From positions 186,823-250,822 of the forward strand of contig CAWKAR010000039.1 of NCBI GenBank assembly GCA_963847625.1: a stretch of DNA of 64,000 bases, in the 5' to 3' direction. Below are positions 51,148-62,400 of this stretch, piece by piece. This DNA is from a candidate division FCPU426 bacterium (GTDB lineage Bacteria > Oederibacteriota > Muellerivitia > Muellerivitales > Muellerivitaceae). A program made the translations under genes and the position numbers. Within the stretch, counting starts at the first letter, position 1; each line of letters begins with the position of its first letter. Under the pieces are notes generated by a model that searched no databases, had not been told where the DNA came from, and saw only the letters and a program-made list of their open reading frames with translations.

Positions 51148-52740
51148 TTAAGCCATATCCACCAGTTTGTGGTTGGGGCATTTGCGCTGGGTATATTCCT
51201 TTTCCCAGGGGGACTTGAACAGGATTACGGGACGGTCGAGGCGGTCCCGGGTTTTCATCACCTGCAACGGGGGATCGAAAGTCTCCGGGTCCCCGAGAAG
51301 CCAGGCGCTCGATTGATAGGGAAGCAACTCCAGTTGGGTGTCGGTCTTGTATTCGTTTTTTAGGCGGTATTGCAAAACGTCGAATTGCAGTTTTCCCACG
51401 GCGGCCACGTAAAAATCCATGTCATTTTCGCGTCGCAACAACTGCACGGTGCCCTCTTCCGTCATTTGCTTTAATCCCTTGTCGAAGGATTTGCGCTTGG
51501 ACACATCCTTGGGCCTCAATTGGGCGAAAATCTCCGGCTGGAACTGGGGAAGGGGCTTGAAGCTGAACCCGCCTTCCAGGGAAATGGTGTCGCCGATGGT
51601 GAAAACGCCGGGGTTGATCACTCCCACGATGTCGCCGGGATAGGCCACATCCAGCGTGTTCCGGTCCGAGGCCATCATGGAATGGGGTCGGGACAACCGC
51701 AGTTCCTTGCCCAACCGGTGGTGCTTCACCACCATGTCCCGCTCGAACCGGCCCGAGCAAACCCTCATGAAAGCCGTGCTGTCCCGGTGCTTGGGGTTCA
51801 TGTTGGCCTGCAGCTTGAAAACATAGGCCGAGAAGGGGGTCTCCACCGGGTCCACGCTGGTTTCGCCGCCCAAGGGGGTGTCGGCGGTGCGGGCCCCGGG
51901 CGGAGGGGCTATTTCCACGAAGGCGTCAAAAAAGGGCTCCACCCCGAAATTGGTCAGGGCCGAGGCGAAAAAAACGGGGGTCACCTCCCCGTTCAAGAAT
52001 TTATGGGGATCAAAGGGGTTGCCCGCCACCTCCAGCAGTTCCAGGTCATGGCGCAGCTTTTTCCAGGCTTCGGGGTCCAGGCGTTCCTGGGATTTCGGGT
52101 CCTGGAGTGAGACCCGGTCCACGGAAGCCTTGGAGGCTCCCCCGACGGACACCTTGGAGAACAACAGGAGTTCCTGGATGCGCCGGTCCACGACGCCGGT
52201 GAATTCCCGGCCGCTCCCGACCGGCCAATTGACGGCGGAAGAATGGATCCTCAAGACCTGCTCCACCTCGTGCATCAGGTCCAGGGGGGGCTTGCCGGGA
52301 AGGTCCATCTTGTTGATGAAAGTCATGACGGGGATGCCCCGCAGGTGGCAGACGTCGAAAAGCTTGCGGGTCTGGGTTTCCACGCCCTTGGCCGCGTCAA
52401 TCACCATGATGGCGCAATCGGCGGCGGTCAGGGTGCGGTAGGTATCCTCGGAAAAATCCTGGTGGCCGGGGGTATCCAGGACGTTGATGATGGCGTTCTT
52501 GTAGGGGAATTGCATGGCCGAGGCGGTGATGGAAATCCCGCGTTCCTGCTCCATGCCCATCCAGTCGGACACGGCCGCCTTGCCGCCCCGCACCATGCCC
52601 GCGGTCTGGATCATGCCCGAATAGAGGAGCAATTTCTCGGTCAGGGTGGTCTTGCCCGCGTCCGGGTGGCTGATAATGGCGAAGGTGCGGCGTTTCGCGA
52701 TCGCGTTTTTGATTTCAACGGCCAAGGCAGGGTCGGTCAT
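51148..52740 (-). CDS. prfC: Peptide chain release factor 3
   Basis: RRTFAIISHPDAGKTTLTEKLLL, DTPGHQDFSEDTYR, NKMD, FKLQANMNPKHRD. Confidence 0.97.
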   Translation of the reverse strand: MTDPALAVEIKNAIAKRRTFAIISHPDAGKTTLTEKLLLYSGMIQTAGMVRGGKAAVSDWMGMEQERGISITASAMQFPYKNAIINVLDTPGHQDFSEDTYRTLTAADCAIMVIDAAKGVETQTRKLFDVCHLRGIPVMTFINKMDLPGKPPLDLMHEVEQVLRIHSSAVNWPVGSGREFTGVVDRRIQELLLFSKVSVGGASKASVDRVSLQDPKSQERLDPEAWKKLRHDLELLEVAGNPFDPHKFLNGEVTPVFFASALTNFGVEPFFDAFVEIAPPPGARTADTPLGGETSVDPVETPFSAYVFKLQANMNPKHRDSTAFMRVCSGRFERDMVVKHHRLGKELRLSRPHSMMASDRNTLDVAYPGDIVGVINPGVFTIGDTISLEGGFSFKPLPQFQPEIFAQLRPKDVSKRKSFDKGLKQMTEEGTVQLLRRENDMDFYVAAVGKLQFDVLQYRLKNEYKTDTQLELLPYQSSAWLLGDPETFDPPLQVMKTRDRLDRPVILFKSPWEKEYTQRKCPNHKLVDMA

Positions 52741-52932
52741 AGGCCGGGTATCCTACCACAAACCTTTTCACGCTCAAGGCGATTGGTTCTTGTGGAACAG
52801 GCCTTTGAAAACCTGGAAAGCCTTTGTTTAAGGCCATAATCATTCGAAGTTTTCAGGATGCTCCTCTTGAGGGATTCATCACCATCGTCTTCAAAAAGGT
52901 TAAAATATTGGCAATTCAAAGATCAAGTTGTG

Positions 52933-52978
52933 GCCTGCGGTGAGCTTGCCCTGAGCGTAGCGAAGGGAGTCCAACCCG
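52933..52978. repeat. REP-like element
   Basis: GCCTGCGGTGAG..CCTGAGCGTAGCGAAGG..TCCAACCCG; outer arms match the reverse complement of 49195-49272. Confidence 0.5.
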
Positions 52979-53089
52979 GGGAGACGATAACAGGAATAAC
53001 CACTGGAAACACGGCAATAATCCAGGATATCCATTATCATATCCGCGATTTAAAAGGTGTAATGCCGATACGAAAAGGCAATTTTTTAC

Positions 53090-54619
53090 GTGAATAAAAT
53101 CACAAACAAAATGGATGGCTGTCAAACCTATCGGACGACCGGGGCGGTTCAAATCATCAGCCTCGTCTTCCTATCCCTTTTCGTCCTCATCTCCCGCCAA
53201 TCCTGGGCGGCCGGCGACCTCCTCCAGAAGTCCCTGGTCAAGATTTTCACGACCGTGCAGGAGCCGAACTACTACGAGCCCTGGCGGATCGGTTCCTCCC
53301 AATTCGTCAGCGGAAGCGGCTGCGTCATGCCCGGGCACCGGATCCTCACCAACGCGCACGTGGTTTCCAACGCGATATTCATCGAGGTGCTCAAGGAAGG
53401 GGACAGCCGCAAATACATCGCCAAAAGGGAATTCGTCGCCCATGACTGCGACCTGGCCATCCTCAAGGTGATCGACGAGGATTTCTTCAAGGGCACCCTG
53501 CCGGTCACGTTCGGAAGCATGCCGTTCAAGAGGGACAAAGTCGCGGTTTACGGGTTCCCCTTGGGCGGGGAGGAGCTGTCCATCACCGAGGGCGTGGTTT
53601 CCAGGATCGAGATATCCACTTACGCCCATTCCGGCAGGTACATCTTGGACGTCCAGACGGACGCGGCCATCAATCCGGGCAACAGCGGGGGGCCGGTTTT
53701 CAAGGACAAGAAAATGGTGGGGGTGGCTTTCCAGGGTTACAACGCGGTGGTGGCCCAGAACACCGGCTTTTTCGTCCCCGTCCCGATCATCAAGAGGTTC
53801 CTCGACGAGGTTAAAAACGGCGCCTACCGCGGCATCCCGGCGCTGGGGATCTACGGCGAGGACATGGAGAACGACACCCTCAGGGCCTATTACGGGATGA
53901 AGCCGGACCAGACGGGGATCCTGGTCACCCAGGTCATCTACCATTCCTCGGCATGGGACAAGCTCAAAGAAAACGACGTGCTGTTGTCCATCGACGGTTA
54001 TCCCGTCGCCAACGACGGGACCATTTCCTTCCGGAAAGGGGAGAGGATCCATTTCTCGTACCCCCTCTGCCTGCGCCATATCGGGGACAAAATGAAACTA
54101 AAAATCCTGCGGGACAAGAAGATCCGGGAAATCACGGTCACCTTAAAAGCGGAGTCCCGCCTGGTCCCCCTCGTCCAATACGACACCCAGCCGGCTTATT
54201 TCATTTTCGACGGTTTCATCTTCACGCCATTCAACTCGAACTATCCCGGCATCAGCAAGGACACCCCCCCGGAATTGAAGGCCCTTTATTTCCACGGCCT
54301 TCCCTCAGAAAACCGCAAACAGGTTATCCTGGTCAACCACATCCTTTCCAACGCCATCAACAAGGGTTACGACTCGAAGTTCAGCAACCTCATCGTCACC
54401 CAGGTGAACGGCCACAACATCTCGGAAATGAAGGATTTGATCGCGGCCTTCGCGGACCCCCAGGACGGCCGCCATGTCATCGAGATCGACAAGCCCAGGG
54501 AAGTGGGGACCCAGATCATCCTCGACGCGGCCAAGTCCAAGCAGGCTTCGGCGGATATTTTGGACCAATACGACATCCCCAGCGACCGCTCGGCCGACCT
54601 GAAGGGAGGAAGCGAATGA
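53090..54619 (+). CDS. Deg/HtrA-type serine protease with PDZ domains (plant Deg2/9-like architecture)
   Basis: TNAHV, CDLA, AAINPGNSGGP triad; signal peptide. Confidence 0.9.
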   Translation: MNKITNKMDGCQTYRTTGAVQIISLVFLSLFVLISRQSWAAGDLLQKSLVKIFTTVQEPNYYEPWRIGSSQFVSGSGCVMPGHRILTNAHVVSNAIFIEVLKEGDSRKYIAKREFVAHDCDLAILKVIDEDFFKGTLPVTFGSMPFKRDKVAVYGFPLGGEELSITEGVVSRIEISTYAHSGRYILDVQTDAAINPGNSGGPVFKDKKMVGVAFQGYNAVVAQNTGFFVPVPIIKRFLDEVKNGAYRGIPALGIYGEDMENDTLRAYYGMKPDQTGILVTQVIYHSSAWDKLKENDVLLSIDGYPVANDGTISFRKGERIHFSYPLCLRHIGDKMKLKILRDKKIREITVTLKAESRLVPLVQYDTQPAYFIFDGFIFTPFNSNYPGISKDTPPELKALYFHGLPSENRKQVILVNHILSNAINKGYDSKFSNLIVTQVNGHNISEMKDLIAAFADPQDGRHVIEIDKPREVGTQIILDAAKSKQASADILDQYDIPSDRSADLKGGSE

Positions 54620-56079
54620 GGACCGCTTTTTCCGGTTTGAGGGTCACCGCGGTTTTATGCCTGGGATTTTTCCTTTGCGCCCGGGTTTGGGGCGGCGACG
54701 AGACGACGAGAAAATCCGTAGTCAAGGTGTACACCACGGCCCAAACCATCGACTATTACGAGCCCTGGAAACCCGGGTCGGAGGTCCAGTTGAGGGGGTG
54801 CGGCACCATCCTGCCGGGGAAGCGCATCCTCACCACGGCCCACCTGGTCAACAAGGGGAATTACATCGAGGTCGAAAAGTTCGGCCAAACCAAGCGGTAC
54901 GTGGCCCAAGTGGAGCAGGTCGGGTTCGATTTGGACCTGGCCCTGTTGAGCGTGCAGGACGAGGACTTCTTCACCGACACCAAACCCGCGGAGTACGGAG
55001 ACCTGCCGGGGCGGGGCGACAAGCTCGTAATCCAGGGCGGGGATGAGTTGTCGATCAAGGAAGACTCGGTATCCGGCATGGAAATGGTCTGGAGCACCGA
55101 GGGCGGCCGTTCCGTGCCCGCTATCCTGACCAACGCCGCCATCGACGCGGCCAACAACGGGTGCCCGGTGTTCAGCGGCGGAAAATTCATCGGCATTCCC
55201 TTCGACTCCACGGGAAAGCCGGAAAAATCCGGGTCCGTCATTCCCGTGAACGTGATCCAGAGGTTTTTCAAGGGCATCCAGGGCGGGCGCGCTTACGACG
55301 GCTTCCCCGACCTGGGTTTTTACACCCAGGACCTGGAAAACCCGTCCCTTCGGGACTATTTCAAGATTTCCCCCAAGCAATCAGGGGAAATCATCACCAG
55401 GATTTTTTACGGGGGGTCGGCCGACGGGGTGCTGAAGGAAGGCGACGTTTTGACGGCCATCGACGGGCATCCGGTCGACGACGAGGGCTACATCAACCTG
55501 AGAAAAACGGGGAGAATCCCCGAGATTTACCTCGCGACCTTTTACTCCATCGGGGAGGAAATCAGCCTGGATATCCTCAGGGACGGGAAAGCTTTGAAAG
55601 TGAGGATGCCCATGAAGGCCGTATCGAAGTTGATACCCGACCGGCAGGATGACCGGCATCCCACCTATTACATGCTGGCCGGGCTGGTTTTCGTCCCCCT
55701 GACCGTCAACTATTTCTCGACGGCCAATTGGGAGGCCTTCAAGCCTGAATTGCAGGACCTGTTTGTCCACGGGCTTCTCTCGGAAGAACAAAAGCAGGTC
55801 GTCCTCATGAGCCACGTCCTGCCGCATGAAATCAACAAGGGATACGATAAGCTGACCAATGTCATCGTTAAAAAAGTCAACGGCCATCCCATCGCGGAAA
55901 TGAAGGACCTGTTGGAAGCCTTGAAAACCCCCTCCGGGCGCTATCACGTGGTGGAGGTCGACGATTTCAACTGGTCCGGCTCGAGGATCATTATTGACGC
56001 GGAAAAAGAAAAACAAGCCACCGGGGAAATCATGGACACATTTAAAATTCTTTCCGACCGTTCGCAGGATTTGAAATAA
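54616..56079 (+). CDS. Deg-protease paralog lacking catalytic Ser
   Basis: ATGA-coupled start at 54616 after GGAGG; TTAHL and LDLA kept, GNSGGP replaced by ANNGCP. Confidence 0.85.
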   Translation: MRTAFSGLRVTAVLCLGFFLCARVWGGDETTRKSVVKVYTTAQTIDYYEPWKPGSEVQLRGCGTILPGKRILTTAHLVNKGNYIEVEKFGQTKRYVAQVEQVGFDLDLALLSVQDEDFFTDTKPAEYGDLPGRGDKLVIQGGDELSIKEDSVSGMEMVWSTEGGRSVPAILTNAAIDAANNGCPVFSGGKFIGIPFDSTGKPEKSGSVIPVNVIQRFFKGIQGGRAYDGFPDLGFYTQDLENPSLRDYFKISPKQSGEIITRIFYGGSADGVLKEGDVLTAIDGHPVDDEGYINLRKTGRIPEIYLATFYSIGEEISLDILRDGKALKVRMPMKAVSKLIPDRQDDRHPTYYMLAGLVFVPLTVNYFSTANWEAFKPELQDLFVHGLLSEEQKQVVLMSHVLPHEINKGYDKLTNVIVKKVNGHPIAEMKDLLEALKTPSGRYHVVEVDDFNWSGSRIIIDAEKEKQATGEIMDTFKILSDRSQDLK

Positions 56080-56100
56080 ATCTCCGGTATTTAAGGAAAT

Positions 56101-56140
56101 AAAAAGAACCCGCTTGCAAACAAGCCGGGTTTTTTTGTTT
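56101..56140. terminator. Bidirectional terminator between convergent genes
   Basis: AAAAAGAACCCGCTTG/CAAGCCGGGTTTTTTT. Confidence 0.7.
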
Positions 56141-56177
56141 TATAAGTGTGTGTTTTGCCGGGCTTTAAACAAGCCGG

Positions 56178-58367
56178 TCAATATTTGAAAATCGCGGGAA
56201 AAGACCGGTGGAGGAAATAGTACTCGTTCAAGGGCCGGTCGTCGGTAATTTCAGTTTTTTCGTCCGGGCCTAACAGGGTTCTTGTATCCAACTTTTTCGA
56301 AAGGACCAGTTTCATTAAATCTGAAGTGGAAAAAGTCGGATTCCATTCCAAGAAGTCCTTTTGCGCCGCTGGGGGTATCCGGGAGACCAACTCGGGAATG
56401 GGAGGAATGGTGATGGGTTGCATGGACCCGATCAGATGCGTTCCCCAGCCTTCAAATGAGGAAAGAACCAGGTAATAGGGAAAGGACTTGGCGAAAGACC
56501 GGATGAAAGCCCGCTGGATCTCGGAAGGGCCCCCCGGTATCCACTGCTGGACGATCCCGTCCGGGGCAAGACGCCGTTGAATGGCCCGGTAAAACCCATC
56601 CGAATAAAGCAGGCTGGAGCCCGCCGCCTCCACGGGCGGGGCAGGATCCAGGGTGATAACGTCGAATTTTTGCCGGGTCCTTTGGAGAAAGCGCCTGCCG
56701 TCATCGATGACCACCCGGACGTTTGGCTTTGCCAGGATGGCCGACGCATCCATGAAGCTGAAACCGAATTCCTCCTTGACGCTGGGCACCAGTTCGACGG
56801 CGGTTGTGTCGATCCCCCAACTGGCGATCGACCGGAACGTGGTTCCCATTCCAAAACAAATCACCAGGGCCGACCGGGGGGGGTGGGGGCATAGCGCGAG
56901 GGGGAAGTGGGCCATGACCTTGGTGATGGACGTCAGGTAGGCCACCCCGAGGCCGTTGATTAAGAGCCCCTTATTGTTTCCTTTTTGGTACGCCAGCACT
57001 GTCGCGGTGTGATCCCGCCGAAGCTCCGTCCGGTCCCACTTGGAAAAGTTCCAACCTTCCTCAAAACTGCCGCAGGAAAAGGCCGAAAATAATAAAAGGC
57101 AGAGGCTTGCGGCAATGACGGACAGGGAATGGAATGAAAGTTTTCGTTTGGCATTGAGGATGAAATGAAAGGGAAGAAAAGGAATTGAAAGGACGATCAA
57201 GGTCCACCGGGCGCCAAGGTAAGGGAGCATTAAATAAGAAGCCGCCAGCGGCCCCAGGATGCAACCCAGGATGTTCCAAGCGTAAATTCTCCCTCCTTTT
57301 TCCGCGGCGCCTCCGGACCATTGGTCGATGAGACGGGGGGTTAAATAGCCCAAGGCGGCGCAGAAGGGGACCAGGCTCAGGAGGGCTAAAACGTTGGAGT
57401 GATAACGGTTGGGGTCGTTCAGGACGACCGGGAAAAACGGGAAGAGGGCCAGAAGACCCGTCATCAAAACGGTTGAAAAGACCTTTCCCTTTTTTAAGTG
57501 GCGCCGGTAAAGCCAGGAACCGATTCCCGTGGCCGTTAGGTAAGCCGCCAGCAAGCCGGCGAAAGCGTAAATTTCGTTGCCTAAGATGGGGGTGAAGTCC
57601 CTCACCCAAGTCACTTCCATGGCCATGGAAGTGAAACCCGTTAAGAAAAGAAAGACAGGGATGTTTCGGTTTTTATTACTGCCCGGCAATATGGAGGCCC
57701 TATTTGAAAGAGATACTTTTGGTTGAAGCCGGCTTTTGGGTAGCCGGGACCGGAGCCAAAGAAACGCGCCAAGACAAATCGTGAAATTAAGCCCGGACGC
57801 CATGTGGAGGGTTCCCTGGAATCCCAGGAGCTCCACTAGAACAAAGGCGGTGGCCAGGGTTCCCGCCACCGCGCCGGAAACGTTCGCGAGGTAAAGAAAG
57901 CTGAAACTTTCAGGGTTTGAAGAGTTGTCTTCCCGGACGATCTGCATGGCCACTGGAAAAGTGGCTCCCATGAAGAAACACCAGGGGAGGAGGGAAACGA
58001 GGATGACGGTGCCGGAGGATAAAAGGTAGCCGGTGGAGTCCGTTTCACCCATTGACAACAAAAAATTATCGCCCAGGTTAAACAAGGCGGGAACGAGGAG
58101 GCCGCCCAGGCCGATGAAGCCCTCGATCAGGGAATAAAAGAGCAAAGCCGACTTCCCGGTTTTACGGCAGATAGAAACGATGTGGGTACCGCCAGCTTTG
58201 CTTCCCAAGGCAAGGCCCAGCATGAAAACGGAAATGACCGTCGACATGACCGGTGTGGTGATGCCGAAATGAAAGTATGCCAGCCGAAGCCAGACGGTTT
58301 GGTAAACCAGCCCGCAAAAACCGGAAAGAGTGAAAAAAAGGGCCAATGGGAAATAACGCTTTGGCAA
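56178..58367 (-). CDS. Fused membrane (MFS-like)/spermidine synthase domain protein
   Basis: SGFCGLVYQTVW TM repeats; ICFGMGTT, VELVP, DDGRRFL, FDVITLDP. Confidence 0.85.
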   Translation of the reverse strand: MPKRYFPLALFFTLSGFCGLVYQTVWLRLAYFHFGITTPVMSTVISVFMLGLALGSKAGGTHIVSICRKTGKSALLFYSLIEGFIGLGGLLVPALFNLGDNFLLSMGETDSTGYLLSSGTVILVSLLPWCFFMGATFPVAMQIVREDNSSNPESFSFLYLANVSGAVAGTLATAFVLVELLGFQGTLHMASGLNFTICLGAFLWLRSRLPKSRLQPKVSLSNRASILPGSNKNRNIPVFLFLTGFTSMAMEVTWVRDFTPILGNEIYAFAGLLAAYLTATGIGSWLYRRHLKKGKVFSTVLMTGLLALFPFFPVVLNDPNRYHSNVLALLSLVPFCAALGYLTPRLIDQWSGGAAEKGGRIYAWNILGCILGPLAASYLMLPYLGARWTLIVLSIPFLPFHFILNAKRKLSFHSLSVIAASLCLLLFSAFSCGSFEEGWNFSKWDRTELRRDHTATVLAYQKGNNKGLLINGLGVAYLTSITKVMAHFPLALCPHPPRSALVICFGMGTTFRSIASWGIDTTAVELVPSVKEEFGFSFMDASAILAKPNVRVVIDDGRRFLQRTRQKFDVITLDPAPPVEAAGSSLLYSDGFYRAIQRRLAPDGIVQQWIPGGPSEIQRAFIRSFAKSFPYYLVLSSFEGWGTHLIGSMQPITIPPIPELVSRIPPAAQKDFLEWNPTFSTSDLMKLVLSKKLDTRTLLGPDEKTEITDDRPLNEYYFLHRSFPAIFKY

Positions 58368-58395
58368 GTTACGACCTTTATTAATATTTATGAAA

Positions 58396-59091
58396 CTACA
58401 ACAACGCCGCGAAACGCGAAAAGATTTTATCAGCGGTATTCTTCAACTCCAAAGCGTTTGCGTGAAGATTGGATTCGATCGGCCCGACGCGAATGGGCCC
58501 CTGTGGCTCCAGTTCCTTCGAATAAATTGAGATCCAATTTTTAATCATCTCCTCGGTGGTTTCCAAGTGGCATTGGAAACCGTAAGCGTTGGTTCCCAAT
58601 TTGAAAATTTGATGGGGATAAGAGGCGCTTTCGGCGAGCCTGACCGCGCCGGGAGGGAGAGTGAAGGTGTCCCCATGCCAATGGAAAGCCATGATTTCAT
58701 TGGGTAAACCCAGCAGGAGCGGGTCCATCCGTCCCTCAAAAGAAAATTGGACCGGATACCAACCTACTTCAGGCTGGGGACCCTTTAATACTTTCCCGCC
58801 CGCGGCGTAGGCCAAAATTTGGGCGCCCAAGCAGATACCCAGAACCGGCAGGTTTTTTTGCAGGCATTCTTGAATCGCCTGCAATTCCAGCTTTATCCAA
58901 GGATATTGGCCCTGTTCATAAACGCTCATTGGGCCCCCCAGGACAATGAGCGCTTCGCCCAGCCTTTCCGGGATGCTTTCACCCTGGAATGGTTTTATGA
59001 TTTTCAAGGCGATGTTTTTTGCTTTGAGGATATTCAACAATAATCCCGGACCTTCACAATCGATATGTTGGAAACAAGTGACATGGGACAT
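58396..59091 (-). CDS. Class I glutamine amidotransferase-like protein
   Basis: LGGPMS, LGICLGAQ, HWHGD, FQCHLE. Confidence 0.9.
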   Translation of the reverse strand: MSHVTCFQHIDCEGPGLLLNILKAKNIALKIIKPFQGESIPERLGEALIVLGGPMSVYEQGQYPWIKLELQAIQECLQKNLPVLGICLGAQILAYAAGGKVLKGPQPEVGWYPVQFSFEGRMDPLLLGLPNEIMAFHWHGDTFTLPPGAVRLAESASYPHQIFKLGTNAYGFQCHLETTEEMIKNWISIYSKELEPQGPIRVGPIESNLHANALELKNTADKIFSRFAALL

Positions 59092-59472
59092 TAAATTTCC
59101 TATTGCTTGTGTCAAAAGCACCTGCATGGTAGTGGATATCACGTATGCAACGAAGATCCATGTGTGATGTTAAGGGGCTCAGCGGAAAATTTGAAAAGAT
59201 TAAAAAAAGAACTTCCTGATTTTGGCTAATGGAATGATGGATTTATTTCAGTTAGAATTTTCCGTGACCAGTTTTATATTTTTCAGCTTTTTTATGAAAT
59301 GGTTGAACGTGTTTTGGCTCTTTTTAACGATTACCAAAATACCCAATAATTGGGGGTAATTTGGGTGAAAAAGCGGAAATAGTGGTATATTTACTAAAAC
59401 GATTTAACCTATCGCCCTGAAACGAATTGCAACTCGTTTCTGATTGTTTTATGTTCGTGCCTTGAAAGAACG

Positions 59473-62400
59473 GTGGATTCCTTGAACGGATACATTCAAC
59501 CTATTAGGGCCTGTTTTCGACTGAAAACGTTTTTTACCAGCCCATTATATACGTGTATTCTAGTCGTACTCTTGTATTTCTTTTACAATCCCGAATTTTC
59601 CCAAGCCGCCCCAGCCCAACTTAAAACTTCCGGCAACCAGATTGTCACCGCCAGCGGTGGTTGTACCGTCCGCTTAAAAGGCGTGGATGTTTCCGGTTTG
59701 GAATACTACCCCGAGGGCGACACTGGGACCGGGTATCCCACGACCACAGTCGACGGCGTTAGTATGACGGATTACGTATCCATCATCGCCGAGGCTGTCA
59801 CGGCTTGGCATATCAACTGCGTCCGGGTTCCATTCAACCAGGGTTATTGGTTTGGGTGCGCGAACAACTATACTCCCACTCAAACAGCCTATCGGGACAT
59901 GATCGCGGCCATCGTCAACTATTGTTCCTCCCAAAACGTATATGTGGATTTGGACCTGCATTGGTCCGGAACCCAAACCACCGCCACCGCCCCTTGCGGT
60001 ACCGGATGGAACACAGCCACGGCACAGCAAACATTGCCGGATGCCAACTCGGTGACTTTGTGGTCCTCAGTCGCCTCAACCTATTCCAATAATCCGGCCG
60101 TATTGTTCGACATGTACAACGAACCCTATCCCTCCACATGGGACGAGGCTGTGACCGGAACCGGGGGGTACGTGGGTTTACAGACTCTCTTAACCACCAT
60201 CCGTAACACGGGAGCCAATAATATCTGCGTGGCGGGCGGGATTGGTTACTCCTATGACTTGACGGGTGTTCCCGCCAGGCCCTTGACCGACACCGGTTCG
60301 GGATATGGAGTTGTTTACGCGGCCCATGTTTACGACAACAAGGGTGTAACGGCAGGCGGTTGGGACCCCTATGTGACTACGATTACCGGTACTTATCCCG
60401 TTTTTATTGAGGAATTCGGGGCAAGTTCCTCTGATGGCGCCACTTGGGACAATGCCGCCATCAGTTGGATTAATGGAAACAACAACAAAAGCTACGTTTA
60501 TTCGGCCTTGGCTTGGTGCTTTAGCTCCGACGATAGCCCATGTTTGTTGAGCAGTTTCAGCGGTTTTACCACCACTGCCTACCACGGCGCTCCGGTTTCC
60601 ACATGGTTATATCAGTTGAACCAAACCCCTACTCCCAGCAGTTGCGGATCAACCGGGCCCACGAATACCCCCGGACCCACGAGTACTTTCACCCATACAC
60701 CTACCTATACCTATACTTTTAGCCCCACTCCCACGACGGTGCCTCCCAAGATCACCCTGACCAAGACCACGGGCGGACCCACCTCCAATTATACGGATAC
60801 CGGACCTATCACGATGACGATCAATGTTTGCAACGGGTCGGGGTCGGTCACGGCGAATTCGGTCACGGTCACGGACAGCATCACGAATCCCTTGGGTTGG
60901 TCTTTCGAGGGGCCCAATTACAGTACCTGGACCGTGACGGTATCCGGGGCGGCGGTGACGATCAATCCAACGAGTACGGCCTATCCGAACCTGACCTGGG
61001 TGGTGAGCAACCTGCCCGGGGGGAACTGCGTGCCGGTCACCTTCATCGTGGGTTCCTATAACGTTAACTCGAGCGATTATTGCAATGTTGTCACCGACGC
61101 GGGGATAGCCAACTGGTCGGGCGGAGGCCCGGTGACCAGCAATAGCATTTCCATCTCAGTGGTATGCACCGTCGTGAACACCGCGACCAACACGCCTACA
61201 AGGACCTTAACCCCAACAACCACCAATACTTCGACGATTACCCGGACAAACACTGTAACAGGCACGCCTACCTCCACCCCGACCCGTACGAATTCGCCGA
61301 CCATTACGTTCACGACTGCACCCACGAACACTTTAACCAGCACCCCTACGTCCACCCCTACTAGGACGAACACGGCCACTAATACGTACACGACTCTGCC
61401 TACGAACACTTCCACCAGCACCCCCACCCCAACCCGGACCAATTCGCCGACTAATACGGTATCCAGCACCTTCACGAATACTGCTACCACTACGCTTACC
61501 CCAACCGCAACCCGGACGAACACGGCCACAAATACGTACACGACCGCGCCGACGAACACGTCCACGTCGACTCCTACGGCAACCCCCACCCGGACGAACA
61601 CGGCTACTAATACGTACACGACCGCGCCGACGAACACGTTCACGTCGACTCCTACTGCAACCCCCACCCGGACGAATTCGCCGACGAATACAGCTACGAC
61701 TACGCCCACGAATACTGCGACCGCCACATCCACCCCGTCCAGGACGAATTCGCCAACTAATACGGCTACGCTTACGCCCACGAATACGTCCGTGAACACG
61801 CCAACGAACACCTCTACGGCCACGAATACGGCGACCTCCACATCCACCCCGACCAGGACGAACACACCCACCAGCACACTTACAAATACGCCGACGAATA
61901 CGCCCACGAATACAGCGACCGTCACACCCACCGCAACGAGGACGAACACGCCGACTGTTACGATCACAAGTACGTCGACGAACACGTCCGTGAACACGCC
62001 AACAAACACCTCTACGGCCACGAATACGGCGACCTCCACGTCAACCCCGACCAGGACGAACACACTGACCAGTACACCTACGAATACGCCGACGAATACG
62101 CCCACGAACACGGCGACTCTCACGTTAACTCCGACCAGGACGAACACGCCGACTGTTACGATCACAAGCACGTCGACGAATACGTCCGTATACACGTCAA
62201 CGAACACCTCTACGCCCACAAATACGGCGACCTCCACATCAACCCCGACCAGGACGAACACACCCACCAGTACACTTACAAATACGCCGACGAATACGCC
62301 CACGAACACGGCAACTTCCACATCCACCCCGACTAGGACGAACTCGCCGACCGTTACGATCACAAGTACGTCGACGAATACGTCCGTGTACACGTCAACG

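Noticed and set aside
53953..54615. N-terminal extension of the 708-aa ORF
   Set aside because: Out-of-frame overlap with the upstream protease; real start is the ATG at 54616 with RBS and signal peptide.
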